Shown here piece after piece: positions 1-7,762 of a stretch of 30,690 bases of DNA. The notes beneath the pieces were generated by a model. The model searched no databases. It saw only the letters and a program-made list of their open reading frames with translations, and was not told the DNA's origin. Positions within the stretch are counted from its first letter, which is position 1; every line of letters starts with the position of its first letter. This DNA is from Hyphomicrobiaceae bacterium. Its GTDB lineage: Bacteria > Pseudomonadota > Alphaproteobacteria > Rhizobiales > Hyphomicrobiaceae. A program made the position numbers and the translations under genes. Location: the NCBI GenBank assembly GCA_049278815.1, contig JBAPMW010000230.1:1-30690 (forward strand), written 5' to 3'.

Positions 1-42
1 GTCAGCGTCCTGGCGCGCGGCACGACACGCTCGAGAAAATGC

Positions 43-402
43 ATGAACTCCTTCTGTCCGTGCTGGCTGCCGGGTCTCAACTCGCACGGCGTGCGCAAGG
101 CAGCGGCAATGCGGGCGGCGGACCGGGGCGCCAGCGCGCACGCGCTGATGGCGATGTTCGGCTGGCTCGATATCAAGCAGGCAGAACTCTACACGCGCAC
201 GGCCGAGCGCAAGCGCCTGGCGCGCGACAACATCCACCTGCTGCAGAGGGAGGAGCGGCCAAAACTTTCCCACCTTGGGGGCGGGAAGGGCGCTGGTGGG
301 AAAGAAATCGCCAAAAAACCCAGGAAAATCAAAGCCAAATTTCGGGGATGGTGCCCAGGAGAGGACTCGAACCTCCACGACCTTTCGGCCACACGGACCT
401 GA
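43..402 (+). pseudogene. Tyrosine recombinase/integrase C-terminal remnant
   Basis: Translation ...LPGLNSHGVRKAAAMRAADRGASAHALMAMFGWLDIKQAELYTRTA... has the HxxR, H/W (FGW) and catalytic Tyr (LYT) motifs in order. No integrase N-terminus is in frame upstream within the window. The ORF runs into the 3' end of tRNA-Leu; homology is about 62-250. Confidence 0.75.
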
Positions 403-435
403 ACCGTGCGCGTCTACCAACTCCGCCACCTGGGC
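349..435 (-). tRNA. tRNA-Leu (anticodon CAG)
   Basis: Reverse complement GCCCAGGTGGCGGAGTTGGTAGACGCGCACGGTTCAGGTCCGTG...GGTTCGAGTCCTCTCCTGGGCACCA; anticodon arm CACGG-TTCAGGT-CCGTG, long variable arm, encoded CCA; 87 nt. Confidence 0.97.
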
Positions 436-490
436 TGCGGGCGGGGTTTTAGCGTGGGAGGGCGGCGGGTGCAAGGTGGCGAAGGCATTC

Positions 491-790
491 TGTTAGCACC
501 AAGTTCAGATGTCCCCTTCCTGCAAAGTAGAGATGTCCCCTTTTTGCTGACGATTCGGCGGGGGGCCTGTGGACGGGGACGTACTGGAGATGAGCGCCAA
601 GGAGCGCGATCGTGCGCATGCGATCCGGCAGGTCTCGGATCGCAGGCTGCGGCAGGAGCGGGCGGCCGAGCTGCTTGGGATCGGGTGCGGCAGGTTAAGC
701 GGTTGGTGGCTTCGTACCGTCGTCGAGGGGACCGTGGCCTGGTATCTGGGCGGCGTGGCAAGCCTTCGAACAATCGGCTGGCGCTGATGG
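491..790 (+). mobile_element. Truncated ISNCY/IS1202-like insertion sequence: left end plus frameshifted transposase N-terminus
   Basis: Starts with TGT at 491. AGATGTCCCCTT is repeated at 507-518 and 531-542 (sub-terminal repeats). Reading MSAKERDRAHAIRQVSDRRLRQERAAELLGI / frameshift near 684 / VRQVKRLVASYRRRGDRGLVSGRRGKPSNNRL matches the HTH N-terminus of these transposases. No DDE domain or right end seen. Confidence 0.8.
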
Positions 791-797
791 CGAGCTA

Positions 798-872
798 TGG
801 TGCCGGCTGTGTGGATTGAACACACGACCTACCGCTTACAAGGCGGTTGCTCTACCGCTGAGCTAAGCCGGC
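798..872 (-). tRNA. tRNA-Thr (anticodon TGT)
   Basis: Reverse complement GCCGGCTTAGCTCAGCGGTAGAGCAACCGCCTTGTAAGCGGTAGGTCGTGTGTTCAATCCACACAGCCGGCACCA; anticodon arm ACCGC-CTTGTAA-GCGGT; encoded CCA; 75 nt. Confidence 0.97.
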
Positions 873-1162
873 TCCGACCGGTTGTGGCTCTAAGGAGTTG
901 GGAAATCAAGGGCGGAAAGAGCCCAGCGCTACCCATGCCGCAACAGGCGCGTACACCAAGTCATGCGGTGGAGCGGTGGTGCGAGGTCTCAGATGGGGCA
1001 CGTTCTCCGATGAGCCAAGGGCTTCTGTACGGTCGATCTAACTAACCCACTCGGTTGACGTTCTGGCATCGGCTTCGTACTTTTCCCAGTCTGCAACTTA
1101 TGTACAAAGACGTTCATACCACAGTCCAAGGGAGCGCCCGCCCCACCGTTGGGTCGCGGCCC

Positions 1163-2938
1163 TCAGATCGGCCAGTACCAAGGCACGAGCACGATGGCGA
1201 TGCCATAGATCAGGATCGTCAGCGGCAAGCCGACCTTGAAGAAGTCGGAGAACCGGTACTTGCCGGGTCCATACACCATAAGGCACGAGGGCTCCAGCGG
1301 TGTCAGATAGGAGCAGCTTGCCGCCACCGCCACCATCATGGCGAAGGCGCGGGGATCGACGCCGAGCTGAATGCCGGTTTGTATGGCGATCGGCAACACC
1401 ACCACGGCGGCGGCCTGGTTCGACATGGGTTGCGTCAGGGTCACGGTGAGGACGAAGAAACAGCTGAGCAAAGCGTATCGGCTCTCGGCACCGACGATGG
1501 CGATAAGCTGCTGCGCAAGATACCCGCCTGCTCCGCTCGCCGCCATGGCCGCGCCGAGCGACAACAGCGCGCCGATCAGGATCAGCACCTTCCACTCCAC
1601 TTGCCGGTAGGCTTCATCCGGTGAAAGGCAGCGTGTCGCGAGCATCAGGAAGGCGCCGCCGAGCATGGCGACGGGCAGCGCCGCGACCTTGAATGTCGCG
1701 GCCAGGATCGCCAGGGCGAAGATGGCAACAGCAAGCGGTGCGCGCGACGGATTGAATCGCCCTTGCTCTACGCCGCCGAAGATATTGAACAGGTTGCCGC
1801 GCTCCAGCGCATTCACGTCCTCGGGCGTGCCCTGCAGGAGCAGCACGTCGCCCATACGCAGCCGCGCTGAGCTGATGGTCTTGGGCACGCGGCCCGCCCG
1901 GTGCAGTGCCAGCACCTGCAACCCATACCGCTCCTTGAAGTCAAGGCCCTTCAGGCTGTAGCCAATCAGTGGCGAGCGCGGCAGCAGCACGCCTTCCACG
2001 ATGGTGGCCTTGTGCTTCTCGTCCTTGGGATCGGCCAAATGCACGTCGGCCTTGAAGTCGAGGCCCTCGATGTCCTTGATCTTCAGAAGGCTCGCGCGCA
2101 ATCCCTCGATCAGCAGTTCGTCACCTGCCTGCAGCTCGAGATCGGCCAGGCGCTTCTCGCCGCGCAGCGTTTCAGCGCCGCGGGTGAGCTTGACGACCGA
2201 CAGCCCCGTGTCGCCGGCGATCTTGGCGGCCGCCAGCGATTTGCCGACCAGCGGCCCGTCGGCGTCGACAATGATATCGGCCTGGTACTTGCGCTCGCCG
2301 ATTTTCTCTTCCGGCTTCTGGTCCTCGCGTTGCGGGAGGAGGCGCACCCCGATCGTCCAAATGTAGAAAATGCCGACCATGGCGATAGGGATGCCAACGG
2401 GTGCCATCTCGAACATTCCCAGCGGCGGCTGCTGATAGCGGGTCAGCAGGTCGCTCACCACCAGGTTGGTCGAGGTGCTGATGAGGGTGACCGAGCTCGT
2501 CAGAATCGACGCGAACGCCAACGGCAGCAGAAACTTCGACGGGCTCTCGCCGATCTTGCTGGCGTAGCCGAGCACCAGCGGCACGAAGAATGCCGTGGCG
2601 GCCGTATTGCTCATGAAGGTGGAGACCGTGGCCACTGACAGCATGATCAGGGGCAGGAAGATCGCCGGGTTGCGTCCGGCCAGATCGAACACGTGGCGGC
2701 CGAAAATATCCACCACCCCGGTCTGGACGAGGCCAGCGGTCATTACGAGCAGGCCGAGGATCATCATCACGGTGTCGCTGCCGAACCCGGCAAAGGCCTT
2801 GTCGACCGGCAGCAGTCCGGTCGCGATCACGGCCAGCATGACGCCGAGTGCGATGACGTCGGCGGGTATCCGGTCCCACGCGAACAGCAGGACGGCGATG
2901 CCGAGAATGGCCAGACAGATGGCGATGTCAGCGGTCAT
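1163..2938 (-). CDS. SLC13/DASS-family permease with two TrkA-C (RCK) domains
   Basis: 591 aa. Hydrophobic N- and C-terminal halves with FMSNTAATA, TLISTSTNLV, QPMSNQAAA, SYLTPL and VYGPGKYRFSDF motifs; central soluble region with PLVGKSL and SPLIGYSL TrkA-C repeats. Confidence 0.9.
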   Translation of the reverse strand: MTADIAICLAILGIAVLLFAWDRIPADVIALGVMLAVIATGLLPVDKAFAGFGSDTVMMILGLLVMTAGLVQTGVVDIFGRHVFDLAGRNPAIFLPLIMLSVATVSTFMSNTAATAFFVPLVLGYASKIGESPSKFLLPLAFASILTSSVTLISTSTNLVVSDLLTRYQQPPLGMFEMAPVGIPIAMVGIFYIWTIGVRLLPQREDQKPEEKIGERKYQADIIVDADGPLVGKSLAAAKIAGDTGLSVVKLTRGAETLRGEKRLADLELQAGDELLIEGLRASLLKIKDIEGLDFKADVHLADPKDEKHKATIVEGVLLPRSPLIGYSLKGLDFKERYGLQVLALHRAGRVPKTISSARLRMGDVLLLQGTPEDVNALERGNLFNIFGGVEQGRFNPSRAPLAVAIFALAILAATFKVAALPVAMLGGAFLMLATRCLSPDEAYRQVEWKVLILIGALLSLGAAMAASGAGGYLAQQLIAIVGAESRYALLSCFFVLTVTLTQPMSNQAAAVVVLPIAIQTGIQLGVDPRAFAMMVAVAASCSYLTPLEPSCLMVYGPGKYRFSDFFKVGLPLTILIYGIAIVLVPWYWPI

Positions 2939-2957
2939 CGGTTCCCTCGCCCTGGCG

Positions 2958-2982
2958 AACGGCGCCGAGGCTTCTTGGTTCC
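2958..2982 (-). promoter_or_regulatory. Putative EcfG/SigT-type (general stress response) promoter
   Basis: Minus strand GGAAC-caagaagcctcggcgc-CGTT (GGAAC-N16-CGTT), about 20 nt upstream of the permease ATG, with a GAGGG RBS in between. Confidence 0.65.
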
Positions 2983-3176
2983 CGCTCGATGGAGCTCAAC
3001 GTCACAGCAGGCGTGATGCAGCGCATGACGCGCGCTGTCGTAAAGCTCAAGTCCGGCAATCCTCCGGCCGGTACCTGCAAGTTGCCGAGCTGTTCTTCGG
3101 CAGGGCGCGCCGACTTTCCGCCCGAATCGCGTGGCCTGATGCGCGTGTGCGGGCACCACAAGAGGGGAGTGCTTGC

Positions 3177-3437
3177 ATGAAGCCTACCGGCACCATTGCT
3201 TCCGGCCCTGCGTTGGCGGTTACCTTTGCCATTGGCGCTCCTGGCGGCGCCGTGCTCATCCTTCTGTACTGGTGGTTGCTGCCTCTGCCCGCCCATCCGG
3301 CCATGGCAGCCGAATGGTGGGAGTACGCCCTCGTGGTGGCTTACCTCCTGGGGCCGGTATGGGCGCCTCTGCTGGCCGGCTTCGCTGTCGTGCGCTTGGC
3401 GGCGCGTCTCGGCTGGGCAGAGCGGCTTGGTACCTAA
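3177..3437 (+). CDS. Hypothetical small membrane protein (86 aa)
   Basis: GAGGGGAG RBS before the ATG at 3177; two hydrophobic segments (ALAVTFAIGAPGGAVLILLYWWLL; YALVVAYLLGPVWAPLLAGFAVV). Confidence 0.5.
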   Translation: MKPTGTIASGPALAVTFAIGAPGGAVLILLYWWLLPLPAHPAMAAEWWEYALVVAYLLGPVWAPLLAGFAVVRLAARLGWAERLGT

Positions 3438-3504
3438 CACCGGGATCAAGAATCCTGTGGTGCCTCTTGTCGAGGTGCGATTTGTTGGCCCAAGCGGGGG
3501 CATC

Positions 3505-3630
3505 GTGCGGATTGCAATCATCACCTCCGGGTATCGACCCAGTCTCGATGGTACCTCCGTTGGCATGATCGGGTACGCGGCCTATGCGCCCACCAAGTTC
3601 GCACTGCGCGGGCTGGCACATGCCGTGGGT
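3505..3630 (+). pseudogene. Fused stubs: glycosyltransferase (GT4-like) N-terminus joined to an SDR catalytic segment resembling 3-ketodihydrosphingosine reductase
   Basis: GGGGG RBS and GTG at 3505 give VRIAIITSGYRPSLDGTS (typical GT4 start), followed directly by VGMIGYAAYAPTKFALRGLAHAV (YxxxK in a GY.AY..TKFALRGL context). Both pieces are very short. Confidence 0.5.
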
Positions 3631-3692
3631 GATCTTCCGAAAGATTGGCTGCGCATAGGCCTGCAGAGGGGTAGTTGGGGGCAGGGAGGGCC

Positions 3693-4929
3693 ATGGCAAC
3701 GCACGACCTGTCGGCCTTCAGTCTGGCCGATCTCTACCTGCAGGATAGTGACGATCCGCTCGTCCCGTCTCCTGATTTCGCGACTTGGCGTCGGCAGGTT
3801 TCGTGGGCCACGTCGCTCTACGAGCAGAGCCTGCTCGACGGGCCGGGCGCGCGCGCCGTCCTGTCGGTCGACGGCCGGGCACACCCGGTCCTCAACTTCG
3901 CCTCCTACAATTACCTGGCCCTATCGAAGCATCCGGAGACCGTTGCCGCCGCCAAGGGTGCGCTGGACACCTACGGCGTGGGTGCCTGCGGCTCGCCCAT
4001 CCTGTCGGGCATGACCGACCTCCACCGCCGCTTCGAGGCGCGCCTCAGCGCCTTTCTCGGACGCGCGGACACGATGCTGTTCAACAGCGGTTTCGGCGGT
4101 GCCCTGGGGATGCTGGCGGGCACCCTCCGGCGCGGCGACGTCGCCGTCCTCGACAACAAGTGTCACGTCAGCCTCATCGAAGGCGCCAAGCTCTCCGCAG
4201 CCCGGGTCGAGCTGTTCGATCACAACGATCCCGATTCGCTCGACGGCTGTCTTGCCCGGCATCCGGGCAAGCGCCGGGTGGTCGTGACCGAGGGCATTTT
4301 CTCGATGGACGGCGATATGGGCGACCTGCCGGCCCTCGTGCCGGCGCGGCGCGGCACGGCGTCGGCATCGTCATCGACGAGGCCCATTCGATTCTGACCT
4401 GCGGTGCCACGGGCCAGGGCGTGACCGAGCATTTCGGTCTCGACCGCCAGGTCGCGCTCAAATACGCCACCCTGTCCAAGGCCTTCGCCGCCGTTGGGGG
4501 CTTCGTCTCTGGCAAGGCGCAGGAGAAGCCGTAGCTGTTTGCGAAGTAGCGCAGATACTGGACGGTGTCCTCGGCTCCACCGGCTGTGGTTGCTGCCGCG
4601 CTTGCCGGGACGCGACGGCGCGCGAGACCCTTGCCGACAACGCGCGCTACTTCCGCGAGGGGCTCACCGGGCTCGGCCTCGATATCGGCGAGTCCACGAC
4701 CCAGGTCGTGCCGATCGTCGTCGGTGCCGATCGGCAGCTTCTCTACCGGCTCGGCCTCCAGCTCCGCGACCGCGGGCTGTTCCTCGCAGTCGTCGATTAC
4801 CCGTCGGTGCCGGAGGACCGAGTGCGGTTTCGAGCATCGGTCACGGCGGGGCACAGCCGCGCCGATCTCGACGAAGCCCTCAATATCGTCGCCGATACCG
4901 TTGTGCCGGCCCTGAAGGGCGTGCCATGA
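3693..4929 (+). pseudogene. PLP-dependent alpha-oxoamine synthase (serine palmitoyltransferase/BioF-like), disrupted
   Basis: Motifs NFASYNYLAL, GACGSPILSG, FDHND, EGIFSMDGD, IDEAHS, ATLSKAF (PLP Lys) and YPSVP..RVRFRASVTAGH lie in three frames. Lesions: frameshift near 4345, inversion 4513-4576, frameshift/deletion near 4610. The stop overlaps the next ATG (ATGA 4926-4929). Confidence 0.9.
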
Positions 4930-5879
4930 CCACGGTGCTGATGTTCCCAGGGCAGAGCTCGTGCCACGCTCAGATGCTGACGCGGATTGTCTCGGCCTGG
5001 CCGCCCGCGGCCGCTGTGATTGCCGAAGCCTCCGACATACTCTCGCGCGATCTTGGTCGCCACTACCTGCCCGACAACACCGCCATCTTCGCCCGCAACC
5101 GCGACATCCAGGTCGGCGTGTTCCTGTGCTCCTATCTACATCAGCGGGCGCTCGCAGCGCGAGGCGTGGGCGGCGATCTCTCCCTTGGCCTCAGCCTCGG
5201 CGAGTACAATCACCTGGTCCATATCGGCGCGCTCGATTTCCCCACAGCGCTGCGGCTGGTCGACGCGCGCGGCGCGGCCTACGACGACGGGCCCGAGAGC
5301 ATGATGGCCTCGATCTTCCCGATGTCCGTCGAGGAGATCGAGCCCTACCTGGCACTGGCGCGGGCAGTGGGCGTGGTCGATGTCGCCAACCTGAACTCGC
5401 CCAGCCAGAACGTCATTGCCGGCGAGCGCGCCGCCGTGGAAGCCGCCATCGCCCTGATCGAGGAGGAAGCGCCGGAGGTCCAGGCGGTCGTCATCGAGCG
5501 TCGCATCCCCACGCACACGCCGGTCTTCCGACCCGTCGCCGCTGCCCTCGCGCCCCACCTCGAGGCGGCGCCGTGGCAAGTCCCGGCCCTGCCCTACGTA
5601 GCGAACGTGCTGGGAGAGATGATCGCGGAGGCGGACGGCGCGACCATTGCCCGGCTGCTCCGCCGGCATGTATACAGTCCGGTACGCTGGCGTCATTCCA
5701 TAGACCTGCTTGCCACGCGATATCCGGATGCCCGATTCGTCGAGGTCGGCCCCGGCGCAGTCCTGTTCAATCTCTTGCAGCGGCGCTGGCACGCCAACCC
5801 CAAGTACCGGACCGACACGCCCGACTGCCGCATCCCCGTGCCCGAGCAAGGCTTTGCGAGCGCCGTCCATGGACGCTGA
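4926..5879 (+). CDS. ACP S-acyltransferase (FabD-like)
   Basis: 317 aa with MFPGQ, GLSLGEY (GxSxG), LVDARG, VANLNSPSQNVIAG, IPTHTP (catalytic His), SPVRW and FVEVGPGAVL. Confidence 0.88.
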   Translation: MTTVLMFPGQSSCHAQMLTRIVSAWPPAAAVIAEASDILSRDLGRHYLPDNTAIFARNRDIQVGVFLCSYLHQRALAARGVGGDLSLGLSLGEYNHLVHIGALDFPTALRLVDARGAAYDDGPESMMASIFPMSVEEIEPYLALARAVGVVDVANLNSPSQNVIAGERAAVEAAIALIEEEAPEVQAVVIERRIPTHTPVFRPVAAALAPHLEAAPWQVPALPYVANVLGEMIAEADGATIARLLRRHVYSPVRWRHSIDLLATRYPDARFVEVGPGAVLFNLLQRRWHANPKYRTDTPDCRIPVPEQGFASAVHGR

Positions 5880-6360
5880 GGCGATCGAGCGGTTGATCAG
5901 GAGCCTCCGCCGGGCACCCCTCCTGTCGGAGGAAGGTGGCAGCGCGGCGGCCTCCCAAGGGCCGGGCAGGATTGAGCGGTTGATCCCGCACCGTCCGCCG
6001 TTCCGGCTGATCGACTCGATCGACCGTGTAGACATCGGTGCCCGGGCGATCCGTGGCTCCCGCCAGCTGCGGGAGGACGACCCGGTGTTCGCCGGACATT
6101 TTCCCGGCGCGCCTGTCTATCCCGGCGTGCTCCAGGTGGAGACGATGGGCCAGCTTGGCCTGTGCCTCGCCGGCCTGCTGGGCGGAGACCCGGACGAGTC
6201 GCCGCCGCAAGTCCGCGCCATCCGTATCCACCACGCTCTGTTCATTGAAGCGCTCGCCCCCGGCGACCGCCTCGCCGTGACCGCGAGCCTTGTCGAGGAC
6301 AACGGACTGACGGCGATTTGCGCCGGCCAGATCTTCCGCGGAGAGAAGCTGTGCTCCTAT
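5869..6360 (+). pseudogene. 3-hydroxyacyl-ACP dehydratase (FabZ-like), 3' end truncated
   Basis: LIPHRPPFRLIDSI, VFAGHFPGAPVYPGVLQVETMGQ and LAPGD motifs. Homology stops at ...GEKLCSY, where a different gene's tail begins; no native stop codon. Confidence 0.8.
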
Positions 6361-6565
6361 CGGCGACGACTTTGCCGACTTCATGGCGCGCTACGGCGCC
6401 GACGCGCGAATGGCCACCGCCGAAGACGTCGCCGGCGCGGCCCTGGCACTGTGCAGCGGCCTGCTGGACGGGCTGCGCGGCCAGGTCATCACCGTCGATC
6501 GCGGCGTTTCCTTCACCGACAACATCATGCGCCTCTATGCGGAGCGCCAACGACTCGGTCTCTGA
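6358..6565 (+). pseudogene. C-terminal remnant of an SDR (enoyl-/ketoacyl-ACP reductase-like)
   Basis: ...DFADFMARYGADARMATAEDVAGAALALCSGLLDGLRGQVITVDRGVSF... is an SDR C-terminal signature (EDVA...GQVITVD.G). No Rossmann N-terminus or YxxxK present. Confidence 0.75.
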
Positions 6566-6704
6566 CATCAACGGTTTTCGAGTTGCCAGAACGCTTTAGC
6601 GGCGACAAAAGCGACGACGCCGCGGCGCGACACGCAGTGGCGCGTTGCCACCGCAACGCCCGTCGCGTAACCTGCCGGCACAAAAAACAAGCCGGGAGGA
6701 TCAC

Positions 6705-7661
6705 ATGCGTCTCACCGCCATTGCCGCCGCGAGCGCGGCCGTCGTCTTCGCCGCCGCCTCCGCACACGCGCAGCCGGTCGGGATCAGCACCAGCCCGCAG
6801 GGCACGCTGACCTACGCGGTCGGCGCCGCGGTCGCCAAGGTCCTCAACGAAGCCGGCGGCATCCAGGCCCGCGTGCAGCCCTCGAGCGGCACCGGCGCCG
6901 GCATTCCGCTGGTCGAATCGGGCGAGATCGACCTCGGCCTCGCCAACACACTCGAACTCTACGATGCCTACCACGGCGTCGGCACCTTCAACGGGCGGCC
7001 GAACAAGAGCCTGCGCACCATCGCGGTGGTGTTCCCGATCAAGGTCGGTCTGTTCGTCCGCAACGACTCGCCGATCAAGAGCATCAAGGACATGAAGGGG
7101 CACAGCGTCGCCTACGGCTTCACCAGCCAGGAGATCATCAAGAAGACGGTCGACGCGATGCTGGCGACCGACGGACTGTCGATCAAGGACCTCAAGCCGG
7201 TGCTGGTGCCGAACCTGGTGCGCGGCGTGGACGAGCTGATCGGAGGGCGCGCCGACATCACCACTTTCGCGCTCGGCAGCGGCAAGGTGTCGGAAGCCGA
7301 CGCCGCCGTCGGCATCCGCTTCGTCACGCTGCCCAACACACCGGCGGCGCTGGCCGGGCTGAAGAAGGAGTTCCGAACGGCCTATATCGCGAAGGCCGAG
7401 CCCTCGCCGCGCTATGCCGGCGTGAAAGAACCGATCTACATCATGCAATATGACTACACGGTGTTCGCCAGCAGCAAGGTGAAGGCCGAGGTCGTCAAGA
7501 AGATCGCGGACATCCTGGCGAGCAACAAGGACGCGCTCGGCAAGGCGCATCCGCTGTTCAGGGCGATGGATACGGCGCGGATGTACAACGATATCGAGGT
7601 GCCCTATCACGACGGCGCCAAGGCCTATTACGGCGAGAAGGGCATCAAGCAAACCAAGTAA
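6705..7661 (+). CDS. TAXI-family TRAP transporter solute-binding subunit
   Basis: GGGAGG RBS; signal peptide ending ASAHA-Q; TSPQGTLTY, VQPSSG, GEIDLGL and C-terminal VPYHDGAKAYYGEKG motifs. Confidence 0.9.
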   Translation: MRLTAIAAASAAVVFAAASAHAQPVGISTSPQGTLTYAVGAAVAKVLNEAGGIQARVQPSSGTGAGIPLVESGEIDLGLANTLELYDAYHGVGTFNGRPNKSLRTIAVVFPIKVGLFVRNDSPIKSIKDMKGHSVAYGFTSQEIIKKTVDAMLATDGLSIKDLKPVLVPNLVRGVDELIGGRADITTFALGSGKVSEADAAVGIRFVTLPNTPAALAGLKKEFRTAYIAKAEPSPRYAGVKEPIYIMQYDYTVFASSKVKAEVVKKIADILASNKDALGKAHPLFRAMDTARMYNDIEVPYHDGAKAYYGEKGIKQTK

Positions 7662-7762
7662 GCCTGCGGATTGAGGCGGCAATCGCATGGCCCCACCCCC
7701 GACGTCTCGCGGTGACCGGCCGGCGTTTGCCGCCGAAGCTTTTCTGCGCGCGCTGGCCTGAC

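Noticed and set aside
4513..4576. Phase-variable invertible switch
   Set aside because: Only 3-bp inverted ends, no intact invertase nearby, and re-inversion would not repair the other frameshifts.
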